From Eutreptiella sp. 'Long Island Sound 2002' (taxonomy: Eukaryota > Protista > Euglenida): 64,000 bases of DNA. The stretch lies in assembly GCA_964036045.1 (NCBI GenBank), contig OZ038378.1:173724001-173788000 (forward strand). The letters run 5' to 3'. Position numbers and translations under genes: made by a program. Under the pieces are notes generated by a model that had not been told where the DNA came from, did no database searches, and was given only the letters and a program-made list of their open reading frames with translations. Shown here one piece after another: positions 11,001-21,712 of this stretch; within the stretch, counting starts at the first letter, position 1, and every line of letters begins with the position of its first letter.

Positions 11001-11699
11001 GCGCTCCAAAGCTGTGGACCATTTTTTTTTTGCCTAGAAATGCTACCTCCGGCGAGCTATTGACCCGCTAGCCTTTTCTCACTTGACCACAGTATGGAAC
11101 ATTTGTTGGGCCTACTTGGCCTTCTCCTCGTTACCCATGGATGTGTACGTGGCTATGCCCCATTGCATGGCTAACCGTCCAGTTCCCTGCCACCCCTTGA
11201 GGGTTGAACTTGTGAGTTTAGGGGGCTGTTGGGTGCGGTGTACGTGCCATGCGCGCCCAATTGTGTTTTGTGCGCATTTTTCATACTACGCCACAATGGA
11301 GACCCATAGTTCTAGTATTGGGGCCATCACTATTGCTTGACACCGGGTAAATGGGGGATATGGCATAGTGTAATTTTCACCCTTGCTAGATTATGATGAT
11401 GTCAAATCACACTAGTACACTCACAATGCGATGAAGCTGGTGAACATTAGAGGTGTGAATGACCAGGCGGAGCATGGTGTCATGGTGTCTTCTGCCGGGT
11501 CCCGCCCCCGCGGGAGTGGTTGCCTGTGGTCCCAGCGAGGCCAGAGCAGCACAATACCGCAGCAAGTGCAATGGCCTGTCACGCAGCGTGTGTGCCCCCC
11601 CCCCCCCCACCCACAGTTCGCACTCCGCTCTGGGCCACACAGTCCAGGCAGTCCATCCGGGTCTCCAGCAGGCACAACACCGGCGGCTCATTCCATTTC

Positions 11700-13364
11700 C
11701 GGCAGTCTCCAGTGTTCAACCCGTGCTGCGGGGTGCCACAGCACTGTGGCGCCACTGGTCAGTCTGTACACATATAAATCCTCAGGCCACTGCGCACACA
11801 GGGCAGAGGCATGGCCCGGTGGCACTATCCACACTGGCGGACCTGTGCAGTGTGACGCACGCCACGGGCATTCCTCCATAGAGGCGACAAAGCAGACATA
11901 TATCATGGCAGCGCGCTCACTACCCGCCTGCCTGCCAGCTGGCGGAGGCAGAGGAAGCGCGGCCTCGGCGCCTGGGGCATGCTGCCACCAGGGGGTAACC
12001 CGCAACACGACACCCAAAATTGCGGACTGGCACACGCTCAGCCGCCCAAATGGCGCCCACGGTGGACTGCTCGGTGGAGCCCTGACGTGGAACTACAAGG
12101 CCGCATCCACCGCTGACGCTCAAGGAGGTGGGGCAGCGTCATGACGGGCCGAGCCAGGACCTCCATGGCGGTGCGGACGAAGGCGCCCACCATGGGAGCA
12201 TCCCCATACTGTGCTGCTGACAAGGCGACGACAGCGTGGACGCGGGCAGGGCGCGCGAGTCCCAGGTGCAGCGGATCCCACAACCCAGTAGCGCCTGTTG
12301 GAGTGTACACCAGGTACTCGTTTGCAGTAGAGGCAACGACGCCCGGCATCCGCAGCAATGGATGCCATGCCAAGGCGGCCACGGCCGAGACGACAAAGCC
12401 CAGGTACTGCCAGCAGCTGGACTGCAGGTGGGACAGCAAGTCCCCGATCCCCTCGCCGCACATTGGGCAGGGCAGGGCGCGCACCGCCGCTGATTGACAC
12501 TGAAACCGTATGCAGCGTAACTGGAAGACGCGCCGGAGAAGAAGACGGTCCACACTGCCCGAGGTGTACGCCTCCACAAAAGCCTAATAAGACGGTTCAC
12601 CCGGGGAGGACCGCAGTGGACGCAGCGCCGCCGCAGCTGCGATCGCAGCCCCTGCAGCCGCGAACCCATCGTCTTGGAGGATGAGGGAGCCCGCGGCGAA
12701 GGTAGCCACGTACCCACGCAGCAGAGGTAACCATGGGGCTGTGAAGGACACCGCGCACTGCAGCCCCGCTGTCGCCAGTGCATGTGCCTCCCGATTCAGG
12801 CGCACCAGCTGGGCTACACTGCAAGAGGCGTGGCCCGCACGGACCCAAATCTCGCTCGGCAAACACGGCCTCCACCACACCATGGAGTGCCTGTACAGCG
12901 CCTGCAGCACTGAGGACGCGGGGGGGGGGGGGACGTCATGGAGCGATGCTGGGCGTGGCTTGCATCTAACACGAAGTACGCAGCGGGATGCGGCTGTTTG
13001 GCCAGCCCTTCCGCATCTGTCGGCGTCGCGCCACAGACGCACAGCCCATACCACGCCGTGTAGACCACACCCATCACCGGGTGCCACACCAAGATCCCGC
13101 CGCTCATGGCTGAGCCGCGCAGCCCACCGTCCGTGACCACAAGCACAGGGCTCAAGCTGGGCACGGCTCGTAGGGACCCCGTCGAGTGCAGCTGTACAGG
13201 GGTCACACCAGGGTCAGGCAGCGGCAGAAGGGCCAGGCCATACTCCGCCAAGGCATCCTGTAGTACGGCACCCTCCGTACGCCAGCCGGCCACCTCCGGC
13301 GTCAGCAACAGCGTACGCGCCGCAGCTGCTGCGAGGGGGTTGCGCCCCCAGGAGGCCGCAAAGT
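11700..13364 (-). mobile_element. Non-LTR retrotransposon (LINE) 3' portion: RNase H plus CCHC finger
   Basis: VVTDGG..G.GILVW...ATPTDAEGLA (RNase H D/E), LNREAHALATAG, then CPMCGEGIGDLLSHLQSSC (C-x2-C-x9-H-x4-C). Frameshifted. Confidence 0.65.
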
Positions 13365-13372
13365 CCCCCCCC

Positions 13373-14939
13373 CCCCCGTGTCGTTCCCCACCCCTTGTCG
13401 TTCCCTGGGGGGGGGGGGTCACTTAGTCAACCCAAAAATTTTCGTTGCGGCTCACTGTGTTGTTGTGTGGGTGGCTGTGTTGTGGGGCACTACCACTTGC
13501 ATCCCTTGCACTCATGGCAGGACATTTTGCTCACTTTTGCTGAAATGGAACTTGACAACACAACCATGTTTCCCCCGATTCAAATTCAGATTCAGAGGGA
13601 ATGCCATGCACGCAGTGCGAAGTTTTGGATGCCGGCAAACACTCGAACCCTAGTTTTGGCCCCTTTTCACAAGTTTTTGGTTCCGTACCACGGTTTTTGT
13701 GGCTTCCCAAGCATTTAGGATGTGGCATATTTGAATTGTCAACCATTTCCCCCTAATTTCCTCCCCCGCAAGCTTTTCCGTCAATTGACCGAACTCATGG
13801 TTACCAAGGACCACGAGTTCGTTGGGAACTCTACATCTCCCCCCTTTGCCTTCCTTTCATACCCCTTTCACATGGGCATATCGCTTCCTTTGGGGAAGCG
13901 GCTAACAAGGGTGTTTTGGGCCACTTAAGGGTGTCGAAAACCCAAGTCTTTATCGTGCGCAAACGCTAACTTTGTGTACTTGTGAGCATTAACGTAAGTA
14001 ACTTAACACAATGCTCACAAGACCAAAAGCCAGAACTTGAACATGTGTGCATCTTGCATGCCCTTGCATAGTTGTACTTTATAAGGCTGATTTGCTTGTT
14101 CATAACGTCACTTGATTACCAAGCTGAAGGCAGTTTTGTTGTTCTGATGTGGGCTTTGCTGCTTCGCCGTGCTAGTAAACAGGTGACAGGTATTCTTGGG
14201 TGAGTATCCTAGCCTCTGCGTGCGCAGTATGCACGCAGTGCGCACGCAGTGCCCACGCAGTGCGCACGCAATGCCCACGCAGTGCGCACGCAGTGCCCAC
14301 ACAGTGCCCACGCAGTGCAAACACTTAGCCAGATTCAGATTCAGGTTCAGGTTCTGTGATTTCTTCCACCGATGATGACTCTTCCGGTGGTAGTTTGGAT
14401 GCTCCGGATAGTGCAAGGCATGCAGACGGTGGGGCAGAAAGTGATGTGTCTAGCTTGACTTCTGCCGAAGAATTGCCTGATGCGCCCACAACGGATGATG
14501 ATAGTGACCTGTTGTGTGGGTGAAGAGTGCCCGTGGTGTGTGGGGCATGGGACACAATGTTGGGAACAAGTTGTATTTTACAAGGTACATTCCCGAAGGG
14601 AAATGGGTTCCCAAAAATCTGCTTGCGCCTGCCAAGAGTGCTGCCCAAAGCATTCCAGTGGAAAGTGGTGAGCATGTGCAAGAGTTCAAGGTGAAGTGGA
14701 GCAGGACCAAGAAATTTTACACCAAGCCGGTCAAGGAATAGGTCTCCGTACACTGGCAGCCCTTTGAACGCATCCTATGCTGAGTGCTTTCGTTTTATGC
14801 TGCAATTCCTGTGCCTACAAATGTGCGTGTACGGTTGGGTTGTGGTCCCCCAGGGGGAGGTGGGGGACCGTCACTTGGTGACCATCCCCCAAGGGGTGGT
14901 GGGGGACCGTCTTCCCTGGGGTGGGGAACGACACGGGGG
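13373..14939 (+). mobile_element. CCC-terminal TIR DNA transposon (non-autonomous) inserted into the LINE
   Basis: Perfect 22-bp TIR CCCCCGTGTCGTTCCCCACCCC (13373-13394) / GGGGTGGGGAACGACACGGGGG (14918-14939). Subterminal GGGGACCGTC repeats. Internal remnant CP..WGMGH....KLYFT. Confidence 0.8.
14219..14317. repeat. 11-bp tandem repeat (GTGC[G/C]CACGCA)n
   Basis: About 8-9 imperfect units inside the 13373-14939 element. Confidence 0.85.
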
Positions 14940-15400
14940 CGGGAGGGTACATACTCGCCAGTAGAAGGACTGCCGGAGGTAAAGGTCGGGCGCCTGGGGC
15001 CCACCAGCGGTGAGCGGTGCCCGGAGCACGCGGCGCGCACACCACTTGGGCAGACCGAACACGCTCCGATAATGGCGGTCACCCGCCGCCTGCATGGCCG
15101 CTAGTTGGAGGCGGGGGGAAAACACCCCACGCCACACGTAGTCGCAGCTGCTCAGCGTGTGGGCGTGGAGCGCTCGCACCTGCAGAATGGGAGCATGAGA
15201 CCTGCCGAGGGCCGCCGCCGAAACACTGCGCAGCTGCTTCAGCAACTTCGCGATCTTCGGGGCCATGGTGAGGTCGTGCAGCAGCGTAATCTTGAGGGGG
15301 CTCGGCGGCCGTCGCGGCAACTGCTTGGCGGAGAAGTCGACGTGCGCGGTGATGACGTGCAGGGACCCACGCGCGAGGCGGACACCATGAACGGACATGA
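14940..15400 (-). mobile_element. Non-LTR retrotransposon fragment (post-RT thumb region), upstream part of the 11.7-13.4 kb LINE
   Basis: YRSVFGLPKW..VLRAPLTAGGPQAPDLYLR resembles the LxxPxxxGGLGxPDL motif after LINE RT. Reading resumes as ASWGRNPLAAAAAR beyond the inserted TIR element. Confidence 0.65.
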
Positions 15401-15537
15401 CGGAGCATGGCAACCATATGTTGCCTTTGATTTGAGACATGCTCCAAGCGTAATTCAGGTGGAGGATCTTCATGGCTTTTGGGGGGGGGGGTGCCGCGTG
15501 CTTGGCGCGCCTTGTGCATATGTGGTGCGTGCTTTTA

Positions 15538-16248
15538 GGGGGCGCCTTAAGCGCAGTGCGCACGCGCGCGGTGCAACTACTTGGGCGTCTAGCCGTAGTA
15601 GAAACCCATACTCTGTGGTACTTTGGGCATCATTGTTGTTTGGTAGTAGGTTTTGATGTATTGGGGGTATGGCATTTTTGGATTGTCACCCCAATTCACC
15701 CATTTCTACCTTTTTGCACACATTTTTTGCTCATTTTCACCACATCCACTCTTTTTCTACGTCGAATTCTCCCCACCATGGGGACCCCGAGATTGCAGGG
15801 GTGATGTAGCTAGTCGGCCCAATTGTGGGGCGTCAACCTTCCGGTGCTATTGAGGAAACCGGGCCAATTATGGTTAACCTTCCGGTGCTATTGAGGATAA
15901 ATGGTTCACGTTTCTCTCCTCCGTGTTGGTGGCCCCTCGAGTTGGGGTTATGGACTCCCACGCTTTGGTGTGGCCCCTTGAGTTGGGGATACGGACTCCC
16001 ACGCTTGTACTTAGTTGACAATGGAACAAAAAGACGGTTGTGTGTTGTTGAGGGTGGCGACCAATGCGCTATTCATGGCTTTTCCAGTTGTGCATAATGT
16101 GTGTTATATCAAGGGAAGGTAGTTTGCACCTTTCTTGAGGTGGGGCAGTTTGGGTCACCTAATTCTAAGGGTGTTTCCAAGGGGTGTGCTTGGGGGCTCT
16201 TCGGGGGGAACATAGTCTAAAAGTAGCGCGCAGTGCAAGGATTCCCCC
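15538..16248 (+). mobile_element. Non-autonomous Harbinger-like element with TTA TSD
   Basis: TTA|GGGGGCGCCTT ... AAGGATTCCCCC|TTA. Right end has AAAAGTAGCGCGCAG like the element at 1-1064; internal CACCATGGGGACCCCGAGA shared with 217-340. Confidence 0.7.
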
Positions 16249-17989
16249 TTAGTATGCTGTAACTGTCTTTTGTGGTATTGGGGCTATTGTTGTTGTTTGA
16301 CACTGGGTAGTTTGGCGGAAAGACTAGGTAGTTTGTAGATTCCTCGGAAATGGAGATATGTCATAGAGTAATTTTCACCCCCTTTCTCCCCTTTCTACCC
16401 CCCTTGCACTTGTTTTCCAAATTGTGGCTAGCCCTGTTACTGTGGCAGCAGGTTTTTTCCGGTGTGCTCTCTTGTTCTTCCTGTGCTGGTGCCCCCGGCG
16501 TTGACTCTTCTTTGCGTTTAGACACAAATATATGCCATAGGTGCTCATGTTTGGTACCACTCTCGCAGCAAGGGTGCCCCACCGCTGGCAACCGTCATTG
16601 GTCCCTTTGGACCTGAGTTCCTGCATATTCAATACCAGGGTACCGGGGACTAGGTGGTGGATCATGCCACAGCCAAGTTATCTCGGTTGGAGGCAGCACA
16701 TGATGCCAAATTCCAAAACAACTGAACGTGCCTATCAAGTCCAAGCCAACCAAGCCAGCTCCCAAAGGGCTGGCATGCATGCACCACTTGTGCCTCATCT
16801 TTCAATCTTCAGCTTATCCCTGACATGCCCGTGACAATGTCCCAGAGTTCAAGGTGGTTTGGACTCGTAAAAGGAAGTTTCATATAGTGCTTGTGGAAAG
16901 GGCACAGAAGTAACATGAATGCTTCAACGGAATTGATAATACCAATGTTGCGCATGCACTACTGTTGTAAAGTGGTACAATTTCGGGGTGCAATTCCCCC
17001 ACCCCAAGGCGGGAAAACTGTCATTTCGTGACCGTCCTCCCCCCCTTGGGGGGCGGAACCAGCCTGACAAAAGGGGTGAGATTTCGGGGGGGGGGGGGGG
17101 GGGTAGTCTCTCCATGTACCAATGTGGACAGGTTTGGATAGGCGGGACATCTGTGCGCTGGGATCCCCCCCCCCCCTTGCAATCACCCACCCCTTGCAAC
17201 ACCCCCCTGGGAGACCGTCACTTCCATGTTTTTCGAGTTAACACCTATTGCGCTAGTTTGTGTTGCCCATCTGCTTTACACATGGCCTTGCATTGCTTTC
17301 CCATCACTTCACCAAATGGGCCACAGTTTTGCCACATTTGGTACATACGCCCTGGTGGGGTCACTCCGGTGGATCATGAGAGCGCCCAACTCTCAACGCT
17401 AGAGGCTGGGGCGGTACCACAGTTTGCCTTGAAATACCCTTGTAATCCCCCCCCCCCCGGAGACCGTAACTTGGCGACCGTCTCCCCCCCACCCACCCGG
17501 GAGACCCAGTTGCACGGTGACTGGGCAGCAGTGATTGGGAATCTTGACTCTAGCGGGACTGAGCAGCTGCAGTGCGAGAATGTTGAAGCCCTGGTGCAGT
17601 CCCGCTCGATTGAATTGCTTCGTGGCCTTTTGTAAACAAAAGCCAAACCTCACCCTTACCCTCAACCAAGCCCCCCATTTTTCCTTGATTTTATGCGGAA
17701 GTGTTGGGTATCTTTTCGCCTAAACTGGACGAAATATTACTATCTGGGTAATGAAGCCATAAGAATCATCAAGCAGATTGCCTGTCCACACAAGCTACAA
17801 ACAAGCAGGTGGGATTTATGGAGGCACAAATTTTCACAAGTCCACCACACAGTCTCCTAGCTGCTGCGTGGAAATACCTCAAGTCAAAAGGGCATGCACA
17901 CGAAACAGCAGTGATACGGGTGCACAGGAGAACGCATAGCTCAGACTTAACTGGTGGGTGCTATCTCTTGCCCTGCAGACTTTCTGCCA

Positions 17990-18499
17990 ATGCCTGGGAA
18001 GGCCAAGGAAGTGGTCTGCTCCCTCTGCAGTGGGGCGCATCGCACACAGCAGTGTCCCATGGCGTTCTCCGACCCACTTGCTGCCACCGAGGCACCTCCT
18101 CCGGCTGCTGCTGCTCAGAAAGCCAAGCCCAAGGCTGCCCCTCAGGCCGCCGCTGCTGCCCAGCAAGGGCCCCGCCCGCAAGCTGCCGCTCAGCAGATGC
18201 GGCATCAACAGGCGGCTGCCCAGCAGGGCCCTGGTTTAGGGTTAGGGGGCTACACTTACTCCAGCCTCAAGCAAGGCCTGAAAAGTACCATTGACTCTAC
18301 TCTGGCACAGAATCCGAAGCTGTCCGAGACTTGGGAGAAGACCTCCAAAGTGGTGCAGGACACCGTGAGTGAGGCCAAGAAGGAGATGTGGGCATCGACA
18401 CGGGAGACACGCGGCAAGGTGAAGGTGGCAACCCGTGAGCTCCAGAATTCGGTCGACGCTGCTTCGCTGCGGGTGCAGGAGAAGATGGATTTCGTGCAG
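17990..18499 (+). CDS. Exon 1 of 3-exon host gene; hypothetical ~338-aa protein with N-terminal zinc-knuckle-like motif and coiled coils
   Basis: Pyrimidine tract plus CAG (ends 17978) before the ATG. GC3-rich codons. CSLCSGAHRTQQC, then an A/Q/P-rich linker. Ends CAG|GTGGGC, phase 0. Confidence 0.8.
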
Positions 18500-19029
18500 G
18501 TGGGCGTTGTGAGGGGACCCGGTTGAGGAGCAATGGATATTGGTAGTATAGAGGAGGCGGTTGTGATTCCCACAACAAAAATACGACCAAGAGTTTACAG
18601 ATGAATTTTAGAGCGCACTTCTGCCTGATCACTCTATGAGGCTTTGTGTTATGTTGATCTGGCCTTTGGAGGGGGGGGGAACCCCACAGCTTGGCCAGCT
18701 CGCGAGCAAGGGCTGCATTGTAGAGTGTTGGTTGGGGTTGGCAGATGGTGGCAACGCCGATATCCACAGCAACCCTCACCCCCACCCCACCCCACCCCAC
18801 CCCTATGGCACGTGGGGAAAACCGGTAGTTGGGCATAGTTGGGGGCTGATGAATTCGAATGTTGCAAGGCTCGGAATCACATGCGTCTAATGGCGAGCCC
18901 GTGGCCCCTTCATCCACATGAATGGGCACGAGGCGGGGCGGGGGGGGCTCGCCTCGCTTCTTGACAGCCAATGTTTCCCCGCAAACTTCCTTCTGCGAAA
19001 TTCCCCTTCCCCCTCTATCTTCGCAATTT

Positions 19030-19700
19030 CTGGCTACTTACCTCCACTTGGGTTGTTTGAGTGGTTCTAGCACCCAGCTCCTGCAGCTAAGGTCCCGGCA
19101 TCCAACCCTACGTTGGGCACAACTGCTCGACTGGCGCCAGGAGCAAAGCTGAAGGATCCGAAAGCCAATAGCCTCGCCACAGGGCGTCGTTGCTAACGGC
19201 TGGAAGCATGCCCAATCATGCGCTGCCATGTTAGCAAGTGGTCCTCAGACATGGAACTCATGCCTGGCCTTTGTCTGGCCGCTGCTCTGGCCAGGCCCAG
19301 TTTTGGCCATGTCCCAATCACTTCTCCGGCCTGGCTATTCTGAGTCATATCCAGTATTGCTCCAGCAACATCTGCAGCTTGTTTTCTTCACACATCTGTG
19401 TCCTGGCAACAGCCCGGCCTGTTCACTTCCCCTTAAGTAAGGGTCTTTATGTATTGTAGGGGTTCGCAGAGCTTGCAGAATGCTGCCACGGGTCCTGATC
19501 CAAAAGCCACCACGCGGATGGGATGAATGATCGGGAAGTGTTCAGGGCCGTGTATGGCAAGTGTTTGAAACGCTCTGTCGTGCAGGGGGTTGCCCATGCA
19601 AGACCTGGGCCTTGATATTCATGGAGGTCAATGGGCTGTGCCCAAGTTGCAAAGCCTGATAATGTGGATCCGGCCCCCACCTCATCGAGCCACTTCCGCA
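19030..19700 (-). pseudogene. Degenerate RNase H-like LINE remnant within intron 1
   Basis: Minus-strand fragments VVAFGSG, SNDALWR and VVPNVG in RNase H order, broken by frameshifts. Confidence 0.3.
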
Positions 19701-20902
19701 TACCCTGGTTTGTTGGCTAGGCTGCTGCGACCTGGCAGTATGGGACGGCAGTGGGCAGGCATGCCCAGTGGCTCACAGGTAGCCAGTTTTGGCCAATTCG
19801 GTGGCCCACAGGAATGGGCCCACATGTGACGTGTGACCAGGCACGGGATCCTTTTTGCCCTCATGCTGAGCCTTCATCAAGTTGTGGGCCCCAGGGTGAT
19901 TGGGCATGGGGATGCAAACCCATGTGTATCCCAATAAACATTCGATGAGTGCCAACAGGACCCCTCTCTGTTTTGTCAGGGTGTCAGGCAGGAAGGACCC
20001 AGTGGTCCAGTGGACCGCGTCCTTGCTGTCAGTCCGGAAACACCAAATCCAATGGCAGGGGCGTAGAAGCGCAGATTGTGCCACGATACGTCTGTGACAA
20101 ACGCCTGGACATCCCGAGTCCAGACCCAGGGAAGGAGGAGGCAACAAACAAGTAGTCGCTGTGCAGAGCCTCTGAACAGCCAAGCATTACCACTACCCAA
20201 GCCCTAGTGTGCATACTCAGGGTCGTGTGTATCATAGCATTTGTATGGCCTTGGCCATGGATGAACAACTGCCGAACATTGCTGCATGTGCATACCAGGA
20301 CGTGCATGTGTGGAGCGCTTTGTGACCTGTGTATGGCCCTCGTGTGCAATGAACAACAGAAAGAAAGAACGAAATTCATGGCCCTGGCAAAAGAAAATGT
20401 TCCAACGACTGGTGAAACAGAGCGCCGAATCGCCACAACAAGGCCCTGAACGGCAACTCGTTGATTCAATTTATCGGCCAATTTCAGACGGGGATGCAGA
20501 CTGGCCTCTTCACGAGCCCTCTTCACAGGCTGGATCATATCTTCATTGAGGTGTGGCACCCACCGTAAGGTGGCAGTAATGCGAAACCACCAATATTTGT
20601 GAGGTCTAATAAGTGCTCACTGCTGGGGCCTTAATGGCACTACATGAGGTCAGCTCAGTGCTATGCAGATGGCAGTGTTTGGTTGCAGAGGCAGCTCTGG
20701 AACCATCTGCAGCACTGTGGCATCCCACGTGGCATCTGCACCACCACCAGCCATTGGTTTAGTAGTTGTCGCCTGACCTCACCCTGCCACATACAACAAC
20801 TCGGGTCTGCAAGGCTGATTGGGGTTGGCGAGCTGTTCAGTGTTGGGCTGTGGTGGAACGCACCCTCGCTCGAGGGTCGCGAAGCCCTCTGGTTTTGTAC
20901 AG

Positions 20903-21064
20903 ATGCGGATGGAGACCCCGCAGCTGCAACTGCAGTTTCTGGAGCTGGTGATCCCCAACGTCCGGATGTTCTACACGGAGATGCTGAACGCTGGCCCCCA
21001 CTTCGAGTATGAGCTCAAGTGCACCGAGCGCCTGGACCTTCTATCTACGGCTCAGGGAGCACAG
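20903..21064 (+). CDS. Exon 2 of 3-exon host gene
   Basis: TTTTGTACAG| acceptor, CAG|GTCTGG donor, 162 nt, phase 0/0, strong GC3 bias (MRMETPQLQLQFLELVIPNVRMFYTEML...). Confidence 0.75.
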
Positions 21065-21367
21065 GTCTGGGTCCACCTCCCGCTCCAGCCCATGCTGGTC
21101 CAACCCCACCTTACCACCACCTCTGCCTGCCTCCGAGTGCCACTCCAAGTGCCAACCCACCTCCCACTGTCCCTCCACTTCCTATTCTGCTTCCCATCTT
21201 CACTTCCCAATGCACCTCCCACTCTGAACCCTCTCGGCGCCCTCCCACCCACCCTCCATCCCCCACTCCACCGCTAACCATCCCTCCATTTCCCCCCGGA
21301 CGCGCTGCACCACCTCCTACCCAACCACATTACTACCCCCCGCCCTCCCCCTTACTGCCACGCACAG

Positions 21368-21712
21368 GTGGCGCGGCTCAAGGAGCACTGCACCGCACTT
21401 GAAACCGCCCTCAACCACTGCTCCGTCTCACTGCACCCGGAGATTGCGCCCGACCAGACCCCGCGAGGGCGGGACCGGAGCATGCAGCGCGTGAGCGTGC
21501 TGGCGGCGACGGCAGCGGCCACGTCCAACGACGTGTTCGAGAAGCGCGAGTCCTTCGAGGCCAAGAACCATGAGCTCGTGGTGGCGGCCATCGAGGAGAT
21601 GAAGAAGGCGAAGGCGCAGGCGAAGGAGGATGCGGAACGGGCGCGCAAGGCGGTGGAGGAGGCGATGAGCAAGAGGAAGGTCATGACTGACATGCCTTCA
21701 TTTAAGTGGTGA
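21368..21712 (+). CDS. Exon 3 (terminal) of 3-exon host gene
   Basis: C-rich intron 21065-21367 ending CGCACAG|. Phase-0 continuation VARLKEHC...KVMTDMPSFKW*. GC3-rich; K/E/A coiled-coil composition. Confidence 0.8.
   Translation: MARLKEHCTALETALNHCSVSLHPEIAPDQTPRGRDRSMQRVSVLAATAAATSNDVFEKRESFEAKNHELVVAAIEEMKKAKAQAKEDAERARKAVEEAMSKRKVMTDMPSFKW

Noticed and set aside
18232-18247. Telomeric repeat TTTAGGGTTAGGG
   Set aside because: Only two units, and they lie within the coding exon (GLGLGG).
17990-21712. Euglenid non-conventional introns
   Set aside because: Both inferred introns have canonical GT-AG ends in consistent phase; no non-canonical junction was needed.
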